This document shows positions 8,184-16,112 of a stretch of DNA of 32,000 bases, one piece after another. Source of the stretch: Candidatus Iainarchaeum sp. (lineage in GTDB: Archaea > Iainarchaeota > Iainarchaeia > Iainarchaeales > 0-14-0-20-34-12); the NCBI GenBank assembly GCA_030649345.1, contig JAUSKK010000040.1:5545-37544 (forward strand). Direction: 5' to 3'. Under the pieces are notes generated by a model that was not told the DNA's origin, ran no database searches, and saw only the letters and a program-made list of their open reading frames with translations. Position 1 is the first letter of the stretch; every line of letters starts with the position of its first letter. The position numbers and the translations under genes were made by a program.

Positions 8184-8376
8184 TCAAACACCCCAAAACT
8201 GTTAACAATTCACTTAAATTAGTTATTAATATTACGTGTTCTGAATATTTAAACATTTTCCAACCCGAAATGTCCCAATTTACTCCTTTTTTACATCAAT
8301 CAAGTTAGAAAATATCGACTTCTTTATATATTTGAAAACTCTATTGTATAAATACAATTTACGTGGAGGTATACGA

Positions 8377-8553
8377 ATGGCAACAGTAATTGGAGCACCC
8401 AAGAAAAAGCCTTTTGGTGGCTATAGCATTAGCTTTAAAGGTTGCAGTGACACTCTGGAAAGTGTTTTTGGTTCAGGCAATATTGCACCCAGTGAAATGA
8501 CAAAACTACTTTGGGTATATGTAAAGAAGAACAACTTGTCTGGAAAAAAATAA
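8377..8553 (+). CDS. 58-aa protein resembling the N-terminal half of a SWIB/MDM2 domain
   Basis: VFGSGNIAPSEMTKLLWVYVKKNNL matches the SWIB core pattern (xxGxxxxxRxExxKxxWxYIKxxxL). GGAGGT lies 6 nt upstream of the ATG at 8377. A hairpin (CTTGGGGG/CCTCCAAG) lies downstream. The track start at 8332 is probably too early. Confidence 0.45.
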   Translation: MATVIGAPKKKPFGGYSISFKGCSDTLESVFGSGNIAPSEMTKLLWVYVKKNNLSGKK

Positions 8554-8774
8554 AGTTGTTTAGTAACTTAACCAAAAAAAGAATTCTTGGGGGTAAAAAA
8601 CCTCCAAGTAAATCTTTTAACTATTTTTAATTTGCTAACAAAAATTAAAGATAATAAAACGCATTCGTTCACATAAATAACTGGCTTGTGCGTGAAGATT
8701 GATTTTTTAAAGAATCTGTTTCGTATATTTATAGTTATTAAGAGAGTCTGTAGTCTGCTGGTGCATATTTCTGA

Positions 8775-8897
8775 AGGGGTGTGGTCTACCGGTATGATGT
8801 CGCTTTCACAAAACCATTTTTCGCAAGTGAAAAATCATTTACGAAAAAAAGTGTTAGAATGGAGCGAAGGCACGCGGTTCAATTCCGCGCACCCCTA
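8775..8897 (+). tRNA. Intron-containing tRNA, tentatively tRNA-Val (CAC)
   Basis: Manual fold. Acceptor AGGGGTG/CACCCCT plus A73. U8. D arm GTCT-ACCGGTA-TGAT. Anticodon stem TCGCT (8800..8804)/AGCGA (8863..8867). The 5' loop is TTCACA with CAC at 8807..8809. Variable AGGCA. T arm CGCGG-TTCAATT-CCGCG. There are 58 nt between the anticodon-stem strands, which implies an intron of about 51 nt. Confidence 0.8.
8811..8861 (+). other. tRNA intron (boundaries assume the canonical 37/38 position)
   Basis: 51 extra nt sit between the anticodon loop 5' part and the 3' stem strand. Intron GTGAA (8827..8831) is complementary to TTCAC of the anticodon loop. The exact splice sites are not determinable by eye. 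Confidence 0.55.
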
Positions 8898-8901
8898 TTG
8901 C

Positions 8902-9498
8902 TTATTTTCGATTGACAGCCAGTAAAATAGCTTCCGATAATTTATCCATCTTGTTAGCCAATAATTTGAATCCATCTAATTTTTGAGAAATGCTTCCATA
9001 TTTTTTGTCTAAATGTTTGAATTCAGTTTTAGTTCCTTGACTGAATTTATTCAAAGTTTTTTCCCTGGCTGTTTTCAGTAAAGTTTTTTCTTTGGCTGTT
9101 TTTAATAAAGTTTTTTCTTTGGCTGCAGTTGCTTCTTTGGACATTTCTCTTCGAATAGTTTGCAGGTATACTGCAGCTACGTCTGCTCGTTTTGCTGTTT
9201 CTTTTTGCTGGTCTCCGCGAATAATGCTAAAGTCTTCATAAATTTTGTCTGACCCAATTATCTGTACACGGACAGTTTTTACTCGAATAGGCCATTCTTG
9301 GACTTTGATTTTTTTGCAAAAAGTTTTAATATTTTCTTTTGTGCCTTGTGCAATTATTTCGACTGTTTTATCTTCTAGGTTTCGTATTTCTCCCTGGATA
9401 TTTAATTCATCCGCAACTCGGCTAACTTCATTTCGATAGCCTACGCGCTGAACTCTTCCTTTTACAACCAGTTTCACTGTTTTCATTTTTTTATCCAT
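8902..9498 (-). CDS. Acylphosphatase-like domain protein with a repeat-containing C-terminal extension
   Basis: VKGRVQRVGYR resembles the acylphosphatase signature VxGxVQGVxFR, with Gly replaced by Arg. GAGGT lies 9 nt upstream of the ATG at 9498; the track start at 9507 is a TTG. The C-terminal half contains AKEKTLLKT x3. Confidence 0.55.
   Translation of the reverse strand: MDKKMKTVKLVVKGRVQRVGYRNEVSRVADELNIQGEIRNLEDKTVEIIAQGTKENIKTFCKKIKVQEWPIRVKTVRVQIIGSDKIYEDFSIIRGDQQKETAKRADVAAVYLQTIRREMSKEATAAKEKTLLKTAKEKTLLKTAREKTLNKFSQGTKTEFKHLDKKYGSISQKLDGFKLLANKMDKLSEAILLAVNRK
9054..9134. repeat. 27-bp tandem repeat x3 inside a coding sequence
   Basis: The three units are aaagttttttccctggctgttttcagt, aaagttttttctttggctgtttttaat and aaagttttttctttggctgcagttgct. 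On the minus strand they encode (A/T)AKEKTLLKT-type nonapeptides. Confidence 0.8.
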
Positions 9499-9585
9499 TT
9501 CAATCAACCTCTCTTAGCTTCGCAACTGTGAATTGCATATATGACTGGTTTTGTTTAAGTTTAAATAAGTATTCTTTTGCGTATG

Positions 9586-10872
9586 CTAGTTCATTTTTTG
9601 GAATTGTCTTCTCAGTGCTTGGAGCCTAAAAAAAGCTCGAACTTTAGAAAATTCATTGAAGTTTTCAACTAGTTTTAGTTCAATTAAATTATGTCTAATT
9701 TCATTTACATAATTTTCTAATTCTGCTGGTGGAATTTTAGCTTGGAGTCCAATTTCATAATTGTCAAATCCGCGAACCATTAAATCAAAAATAGTTCTTA
9801 ATGCTCTGTAATGTGTTTCAGGTCTTCCATAGGGTGTTAATGGTTTTTTTCCTGCTTCTAAAAATGCCTGGTTAATGCGTCCTTGTGTACTTTCAATCAT
9901 TCGTGTTATTCCCGGCATTGAATGCATGTTAGTTCCAATCAATAATTCAGCTTCATGACCTTGGCGTACGCGATTTTGTTCTCTGTATTCTGCAATCCTT
10001 TCGTTAACTCCTATTTTTCTAAAAATATGATCTTTGTATTTTTTCTGCAATTCTCCGCGAGTAATAATTGTGGATATTTCTTTCCACATGCTTTTTAATG
10101 TTTTTGGATTGCCTCCATAAATTTCTGCCAATCTGTAAAGAATTACATCTTCTTTAATGCCTTTAAGTTTCATTAAACCCATTCTTAGAAATAATCGTTT
10201 ATTTTTTGGTGAAAATACTGTTCTAAGTCTAACTGCACTAGTTTCTGCATCCGTAGTTTTTCCTCCGCCTGTTTTGATTCGATCCCATTCTTCTTTCGGT
10301 AATCTTTTTTTTATTCTTCTAAGACTGCTTTCTACTGCTGTTGGGCTTAGACCTGTTACTGCTGCAAGGTCAGAAATTTTTCGGCGACCTGCAGTATACA
10401 TTTCAATAATTCGAGTATCTATTGGTTGCATTTCGGCCGCAACACTGCTGGCAAGTCTTTCTCTTCTTAGCTTGCCTGCATCGGCTTTTGCTTGTTTGAC
10501 TCTGGCTATTTCTTTTATTCTTGCTTCTCTGGCAGCTATTCTCGTTTGTCTTCCAGCTTCTTCGTTTATTTGTGCTATTTCTCTAGCGGTTGTTCTTGTT
10601 TTAATCAATGGATCTCTGGTTTCTATTACCCTTTGTGTAGTTCTTAAAATTTCATCATGTGAATCTAACATTTTTTGTTTGAGTTCTACTCGTGAACTAA
10701 CTCCTTCTGTTATTCTCCAATGTTTGTTAAACAATGGCCGGCCTAGGCCTCTTTTGTGCATTAACTTGTAAATTTCAGCTCGTGTTTTGTTGCCTTTTAA
10801 TCTCATTAATCCAATTCGATAAAAGTGCTTGTGTTGTCTTGCTTTTGAGCGAGGTCCATTTTTTTTCAGCAT
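9586..10872 (-). CDS. Internally duplicated protein with four predicted helix-turn-helix modules, unknown function
   Basis: Two halves of about 200 aa. Each starts with RxGLMxLKGxK...W (FYRIGLMRLKGNKTRAEIYKL and LFLRMGLMKLKGIKEDVILYRL). Each ends with a sigma-70-region-4/LuxR-like HTH (ISDLAAVTGLSPTAVESSLRRIKKRL and FDNYEIGLQAKIPPAELENYVNEIRHNL). A basic coiled linker joins them. Confidence 0.6.
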   Translation of the reverse strand: MLKKNGPRSKARQHKHFYRIGLMRLKGNKTRAEIYKLMHKRGLGRPLFNKHWRITEGVSSRVELKQKMLDSHDEILRTTQRVIETRDPLIKTRTTAREIAQINEEAGRQTRIAAREARIKEIARVKQAKADAGKLRRERLASSVAAEMQPIDTRIIEMYTAGRRKISDLAAVTGLSPTAVESSLRRIKKRLPKEEWDRIKTGGGKTTDAETSAVRLRTVFSPKNKRLFLRMGLMKLKGIKEDVILYRLAEIYGGNPKTLKSMWKEISTIITRGELQKKYKDHIFRKIGVNERIAEYREQNRVRQGHEAELLIGTNMHSMPGITRMIESTQGRINQAFLEAGKKPLTPYGRPETHYRALRTIFDLMVRGFDNYEIGLQAKIPPAELENYVNEIRHNLIELKLVENFNEFSKVRAFFRLQALRRQFQKMN

Positions 10873-10928
10873 ATTAATTGTGTGTGTTATTGGGTTAAAA
10901 TATTCTTCTGAAGTTTTTGTTTATTTAG

Positions 10929-11441
10929 TTATCTGGCTAAATGAATTCTGGGTTTTTCTAAAGGTTTGCGTTTAAGTGTATGTCCTGGTTTTCTGGGAAA
11001 TTTTAGAATTCTGGCTGAAGGTGTTAATCCTGTTTTTTGTTGTTTGAGTTGCCAGATGGTTGTCGGTTTTACAAAAATTTCTGTTGCAGACTGAATTTGG
11101 ATCATTCCTTTTTTTGCAAAATTTTCAACCAATTTTTTTCCTGCAGTTAAAAGTTTTGATGCGTGTAAATGAATTCCTTCATTGTGTCCGTGGCGAATTA
11201 ATAATTCTTCCATGACTGCTTCAGCTGGAGTTTTTCGAAACTCATGAAAAAAGTCTGTATTCACTCGACTGTTAACATAGCCTATGCGGATGCTTTTTGG
11301 ATTCATTGCTTCAAATTCCACATGGCCTAAAGCATGATCTCCTTGAGCTAATACAATCAATTGGCCTTTAGGTAAAGTTCGCACTATTCGTATTCCGCGT
11401 TTTAAGGCAGTTTTTTCATCCAAAAATTCATATTCGCTCAT
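10929..11441 (-). CDS. Hypothetical protein with a basic C-terminal tail
   Basis: A 170-aa ORF in the same direction as, and 56 nt upstream of, the four-HTH gene, and divergent from alaS. It has His-rich patches (HALGHVEFE, HGHNEGIHLH). I recognise no family; any GNAT-like resemblance is weak. Confidence 0.45.
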   Translation of the reverse strand: MSEYEFLDEKTALKRGIRIVRTLPKGQLIVLAQGDHALGHVEFEAMNPKSIRIGYVNSRVNTDFFHEFRKTPAEAVMEELLIRHGHNEGIHLHASKLLTAGKKLVENFAKKGMIQIQSATEIFVKPTTIWQLKQQKTGLTPSARILKFPRKPGHTLKRKPLEKPRIHLAR

Positions 11442-11501
11442 ACTATTCTTGGAGTTCAGGCTTATACTTATTTATATCTTTTTAGTTTACTTTAGTACTA
11501 T

Positions 11502-14180
11502 ATGGTCGATAAATCAGAGCTTAGAATTCAGTTTGCCAAAGAATGGGAAAAACATTACAAAGTCCGCTTTTTGGTAGACACTGGTTTTGTTCGCAAACAA
11601 TGTTTGAATTGCAAAAAACATTTTTGGACTTTAGACACGAATAGAACAGTTTGTGCTGACTCGAATTGTTTTGGTTATGAATTTATTGGCAAGCCAACCA
11701 AGAAATTGGATTATGTTCAGACTTGGAAAGAGATTGAAAAATACTTTAATAAAAATGACCATGTAAGTATTCCGCGTTATCCGGTTGTGTGCAGATGGAG
11801 AGATGATTTATATTTTACGAATGCAAGCATTATTGATTTCCAGCCGTATGTGGTTACAGGCGAAATTGAACCTCCAGCCAATCCTTTAATTGTGCCTCAG
11901 CATTGTTTGCGTTTTGGAGATATTGAAAATGTAGGAGTAACTGGAAGACATTATTCGGGTTTTGTTATGTTTGGCCAGCATGCTTTTAATTCAGAAAAAA
12001 CAGGTTTATTTTATTGGAAAAATGAAGCCTTAGAACATGACTTTAATTATCTTACAAAAATTTTGGGTGCAAAAAAAGAAGACATTACTTTTATTGAAGA
12101 TGTATGGGCTGGCGGTGGAACCTTTGGCCCAAGTATTGAATATTGTGTGAATGGAATTGAGTTAGGAAATTGTGTGTTCATGCAATTCAAAGAAACCGAA
12201 AATGGAAAATACGAAGAATTGAAAACCAAAGTCATTGACATGGGCGCAGGCTTAGAAAGATTGGCTTGGTTTACGAATGGTACTCCCACTAGTTATGATA
12301 TTACGTTTGAAACTGTTTTGAAAAAAATGAAAGCACGTTCTGGAATTAAACCAGATATGAAATTGTTTGAAAAATATGCGAAAGTTTCCGGAATTTTAGA
12401 CGTAGAATCTCAGGCTGTAAAACAAGAACGAGAATTGATTGCCAAAAAATTAGGCGTAGACGAAAAAGAATTATTTGATATGCTTAGACCCATGCAAGCC
12501 ATGTATGCGTGTGCAGATCATTTGAAAACAATCTTATATGCAGTCACAGATGGAATGCTGCCCAGCAATTCCGGCGGCGGTTACAATATTCGAATGCTGG
12601 TGCGCCGAGTTTTAGGTTTTAATCAAGAATTTAATTTGAATTTAGATTATGCCGAAATAATTTCCGAGCATGCCAAGTTTTTGGAAGACTTTGATGATTC
12701 TTTGTTAGATATGGTTCCAACTACTGTGGATGTTTTGGAGGAAGAAATTAAAAAATATTCTAAAAGCCGAGAACAAGGAACTAAAAAGCTTGAAAGTTTG
12801 TTCAAAAAACCAGAGCAATTGACGGAGAAAAAATTAATGGAATTGTATGAAAGTGATGGCATTCCAATAGAGTTTGTGGAAGAGCAAGCTAAACGACAAA
12901 AAATTCCTGTACGTATTCCGGAAAATTTTTATGGAAATATTGCTTTAAAGAATGAAATTCAAAAAGAAAAAATAAAAATGGTGTACTCTGAATTTAATTA
13001 TCCGAAAACCAAAGAATTGTTTTACGAAGACCAATACTTAACGAATTGCACTGCACAAGTTTTAGGTGTTTTAGATAATTCTGTAATTTTAGATCAAACT
13101 ATTTTGTATCCAGAAGGCGGAGGTCAAGATTGTGACTTGGGTTTCATTAATGAAATTAAAGTTTTAGATGTTCAAAGAAAAGAAGGAATTATTTTACACT
13201 TGGTTGAAAAACCTGAGAAATTTAAAAAAGGTCAAAAAGTCACAGTTGAATTGGATGTTCCTAGACGAAAAGCATTGATGTTTCATCATTCTGCAACTCA
13301 CTTAATTAATGCTGCCTGTAAGCATGTTTTGGGTCCGCATGTATGGCAAGCTGGAGCGCACAAAAAAGTAGATGAAGCCCATTTAGACATTACTCATTAC
13401 AGGCATGTAACTGATGAAGAATTGGAGCGAATTGAACGCATGGCCAATGAATTGGTTCAAAAAGATTTAAAAGTAAAAATTGATTTTATTCCACGCAATA
13501 AAGCCGAAGAAGCTCATGGTTTTGGTTTATATCAAGGCGGATATGTTCCTGGAAAAACTTTACGGGTTGTAAACATGCAGGATCAAAGCATTGAAGCTTG
13601 TGGCGGAACCCATGTAGGACACACTGCTGAAGTTGGTTTAATTAAGATTGTGAAACGTGAAAGCAAACAAGATGGAATTGAACGCTTGACTTTTGTGGCT
13701 GGCTTGGCTGCTTTAAGTAAATGGCAGGAACAAGAACGTTGGTTGAAAAAGTCTGCAGAAAATTTAGCTGTGCCAGTACATGATTTGCCGAAAGCTACGC
13801 AAAGATTTTTTGAAGAATGGAAAGACTTCAAAAAGAAATCTAGAAATTTAAGTGAAAAATTATTGGATGTTCAAGCTCAAGAAATAAGCGAATCTAAAGA
13901 AGTTGTGGTTCAGAAATATTTGGAAGATATTGATTCAGATTTGTTGTTTGATTTGGGTTTAAAAATTATTGAAAAAAATCCAAAAAAACATTTGATTTTG
14001 GGCGCTGGTTCTTTTTTGGTTATTGCTTGCGGGAAAGATTCTGGGAAAAATGCAAATTTAGAACTCCAGAATTATTTGAAGAAACTAGGTGGAAAAGGCG
14101 GAGGAAGTCCATTAATTGCAAGAGCTCAAATAGACAGTGCTGAAAAATTAAGGCAGTTCTTTTTAAACAAAACTAATTAA
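11502..14180 (+). CDS. alaS: Alanine--tRNA ligase, archaeal type
   Basis: 892 aa. Archaeal-style N-terminus with a Cys cluster (CLNCKKHFWTLD...C), an editing domain with HSATHL and CGGTHV zinc motifs, and a C-terminal GGKGGGSP DHHA1-like end. TATA-like box about 25-35 nt upstream. Confidence 0.95.
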   Translation: MVDKSELRIQFAKEWEKHYKVRFLVDTGFVRKQCLNCKKHFWTLDTNRTVCADSNCFGYEFIGKPTKKLDYVQTWKEIEKYFNKNDHVSIPRYPVVCRWRDDLYFTNASIIDFQPYVVTGEIEPPANPLIVPQHCLRFGDIENVGVTGRHYSGFVMFGQHAFNSEKTGLFYWKNEALEHDFNYLTKILGAKKEDITFIEDVWAGGGTFGPSIEYCVNGIELGNCVFMQFKETENGKYEELKTKVIDMGAGLERLAWFTNGTPTSYDITFETVLKKMKARSGIKPDMKLFEKYAKVSGILDVESQAVKQERELIAKKLGVDEKELFDMLRPMQAMYACADHLKTILYAVTDGMLPSNSGGGYNIRMLVRRVLGFNQEFNLNLDYAEIISEHAKFLEDFDDSLLDMVPTTVDVLEEEIKKYSKSREQGTKKLESLFKKPEQLTEKKLMELYESDGIPIEFVEEQAKRQKIPVRIPENFYGNIALKNEIQKEKIKMVYSEFNYPKTKELFYEDQYLTNCTAQVLGVLDNSVILDQTILYPEGGGQDCDLGFINEIKVLDVQRKEGIILHLVEKPEKFKKGQKVTVELDVPRRKALMFHHSATHLINAACKHVLGPHVWQAGAHKKVDEAHLDITHYRHVTDEELERIERMANELVQKDLKVKIDFIPRNKAEEAHGFGLYQGGYVPGKTLRVVNMQDQSIEACGGTHVGHTAEVGLIKIVKRESKQDGIERLTFVAGLAALSKWQEQERWLKKSAENLAVPVHDLPKATQRFFEEWKDFKKKSRNLSEKLLDVQAQEISESKEVVVQKYLEDIDSDLLFDLGLKIIEKNPKKHLILGAGSFLVIACGKDSGKNANLELQNYLKKLGGKGGGSPLIARAQIDSAEKLRQFFLNKTN

Positions 14181-14213
14181 GCTTCTTTATCTGTGTATAA
14201 AGGTCTTTTATGG

Positions 14214-14271
14214 GTATGTTACTCATTTTAGTATGTTACTCATTGCTTTTTAAATATTTCTGAGTAACATA
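14214..14271. promoter_or_regulatory. Repeat-flanked promoter of the Fic gene (candidate operator set)
   Basis: GTATGTTACTCATT occurs twice in direct orientation (14214..14227 and 14231..14244). Its partial reverse complement TGAGTAACATA is at 14261..14271. These bracket a TATA-like TTTTTAAATA (14247..14256). The ATG is at 14278. Confidence 0.5.
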
Positions 14272-14277
14272 TTTTGT

Positions 14278-15207
14278 ATGGTTTATTTGGCAAAACGTTT
14301 GCAAGCGAAAAAGACATACTATTACTTGGTGGAGAATATTCCTCTGGGTTCTGGAAAGCGTAAGCAATTGCGTGCTTATCTTGGAAATGAGAAACCTTCT
14401 GAGTTAATTTTGCGGCATTTAATGAAACAATTTGAAGCACAAGTTGAACAAGAACAATACAAATTGCATGGATTTCATTATTTGACTTCGGATGAAATTA
14501 AAGAAACGGATAAAATTAACCGCGAATTTTGGGCAAGGTACAATTCAGTGAATGAAGTTGTCCAAGAACAATTTGATGAAAATTTTGTCATTACTTTTGT
14601 TCATAATACAAATTCAATTGAAGGTTCAACTTTAACACCCAAAGAAGTTGCCTTGTTGTTAACTGAAAATATTGCACCCAATAAACCTTTGGATGATGTA
14701 TTGGAAGCAAAAGCAGGGCAAAAAACACTTAATTTTGTAAAAGAGCACACTGGGAACTTTAATGAAGAATTTTTGTTAAAGATTCATGAAATGTATTTTA
14801 AAGAAACCAAGCCCAGTATTGCTGGAGCATACAAAAAATATGCAAACTATATTCGAACATCTGCATTTCAGCTTACCGCACCAGAATTAGTTCCTAAAGA
14901 ACTGAACGATTATTTTAATGAATATGAAAAATTAAGCAAGCAATTGCATCCATTGGAATTAGCAGCTTGGGCTCACTGGAAATTGGTGCGAATTCATCCA
15001 TTTCAAGATGGCAATGGAAGAGCAGCCAGAATTGTAATGAACTATATTTTGCACAGACAAGGTTACGGTATGATTGATATTCAAACCAAAGAAAAACAGG
15101 TCTATTTTAAAACTTTGGAAAAATGCAATTACAATAACAATGCCCGAGCACTTGCAGTTCGTTTAGTCCGAAGATTCAAAAAACAATACCAAAACGCATT
15201 CAAGTAA
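14278..15207 (+). CDS. Fic-domain protein (AMPylase-type), class II with an internal inhibitory motif
   Basis: Fic active-site motif HPFQDGNGRAAR at 14995..15030. Upstream [ST]xxxE[GN] inhibitory-helix motif TNSIEG at 14608..14625. Confidence 0.85.
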   Translation: MVYLAKRLQAKKTYYYLVENIPLGSGKRKQLRAYLGNEKPSELILRHLMKQFEAQVEQEQYKLHGFHYLTSDEIKETDKINREFWARYNSVNEVVQEQFDENFVITFVHNTNSIEGSTLTPKEVALLLTENIAPNKPLDDVLEAKAGQKTLNFVKEHTGNFNEEFLLKIHEMYFKETKPSIAGAYKKYANYIRTSAFQLTAPELVPKELNDYFNEYEKLSKQLHPLELAAWAHWKLVRIHPFQDGNGRAARIVMNYILHRQGYGMIDIQTKEKQVYFKTLEKCNYNNNARALAVRLVRRFKKQYQNAFK

Positions 15208-15250
15208 GATAAGACAGTTTTTTTAATTCAGTAAGATACTAACTTAGTGT

Positions 15251-15862
15251 ATGTCTTTTTTAAAATCTCTAGACAAATTTTTAGCTGGTCAAAGTTCTTT
15301 GAGTTGGGGTCGAAAAAAGGCTTTGGATGATTTTCGCAAAAAAGCTTTGCTGGCTTTAGAGCGATTGCAAAAAACTGCTAAATCTAATTTAGATAAACAA
15401 TTGTTTGCTCAAATGGCGTACAATATCAAAACTGTTCCTTTAATGTTTTATCATCGAAAAGCTTTGCGCGTAAACCCTTGGGAAGGAAGTGTAACTCAAG
15501 GAGAACATGTGCGTTCGTTTGATTTGCTGCAAAAAGGTTCGCAAAAATTTGTAATCAAAAAAGACTACATTAATTTGCCAGCCGAGCATGTGTTTTACAA
15601 TGATAATCTTTCTTTGAATGGAATTTTTACTTTATGTCACGAGTATGGTCATTTTCCAAAGCCTTTGCTGTTGCTGTTTGCTGCTAAAAATGGTTTAAGT
15701 GAAGAACAAGGAGAAGAATTGTTGGCTGATATTTTGAGTGCAAAGTTATCGATTGCCATGGGTTTTCCTTTAGAACGTATAATGTCTCATTTTTCTGGAA
15801 GAGAAATAGTGTACGGTTATTTTCCATTCAGGCAATATATTTTGGAGTCTTTAAAATTGTAA
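15251..15862 (+). CDS. HExxH zinc-metallopeptidase-like protein
   Basis: 203 aa with CHEYGH (HExxH), followed about 20 aa later by an acidic EEQGEELLAD segment that could supply the third ligand. Resemblance to ImmA/IrrE- or SprT-type minimal peptidases is weak. It lies 43 nt downstream of fic on the same strand. Confidence 0.45.
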   Translation: MSFLKSLDKFLAGQSSLSWGRKKALDDFRKKALLALERLQKTAKSNLDKQLFAQMAYNIKTVPLMFYHRKALRVNPWEGSVTQGEHVRSFDLLQKGSQKFVIKKDYINLPAEHVFYNDNLSLNGIFTLCHEYGHFPKPLLLLFAAKNGLSEEQGEELLADILSAKLSIAMGFPLERIMSHFSGREIVYGYFPFRQYILESLKL

Positions 15863-15867
15863 TTTGT

Positions 15868-16026
15868 TTAAATTTCAAACAAATCACCTGCATTGTCTCC
15901 TTCTTCTATCAGCCGCTTAAGGGTATAGGCTCTTAAAGGGTTTTTCTGCATTTTTGCTTCCAATGCTTTCTGTACAATGGCCTGCCTTGCAATTATCATC
16001 CATTTGATTCTCTTAGGTTCTTTCAT
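15868..16026 (-). CDS. Possible 52-aa small protein (below the ORF-track cutoff)
   Basis: My own translation of the minus strand gives MKEPKRIKWMIIARQAIVQKALEAKMQKNPLRAYTLKRLIEEGDNAGDLFEI*. TTTAAACA lies about 30 nt upstream of the ATG. Local G+C is higher than the flanking spacer. No family recognised. Confidence 0.3.
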   Translation of the reverse strand: MKEPKRIKWMIIARQAIVQKALEAKMQKNPLRAYTLKRLIEEGDNAGDLFEI

Positions 16027-16112
16027 AATCTTGTAGTGGCTAATTTTGTTTAAACTTTCTAGAACTTCTTTTGTGGATATGTTTATAAACTAGAAAACTG
16101 TTTTTTTTTTAC

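Noticed and set aside
5811-8200. Integrated mobile element using tRNA-Leu as an attachment site
   Set aside because: I found no integrase and no downstream direct repeat of the tRNA 3' end. Adjacency of the TA module and the endonuclease alone is insufficient evidence.
8686-8925. 79-aa plus-strand ORF
   Set aside because: It reads straight through the intron-containing tRNA (8775..8897) and its promoter, so it is not coding.
9054-9134. Regularly spaced 27-bp repeats that might suggest a mini CRISPR-like array
   Set aside because: The units are directly abutting with no spacers, are in frame, and encode a repeated nonapeptide inside an ORF. No CRISPR array is present in the window.
10157-10771. 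204-aa ORF on the plus strand
   Set aside because: It is entirely antisense to the 428-aa four-HTH gene. Its translation is hydrophobic and low-complexity (L/S/I/A-rich), typical of a shadow ORF opposite a K/R/E-rich gene. It has no start context.
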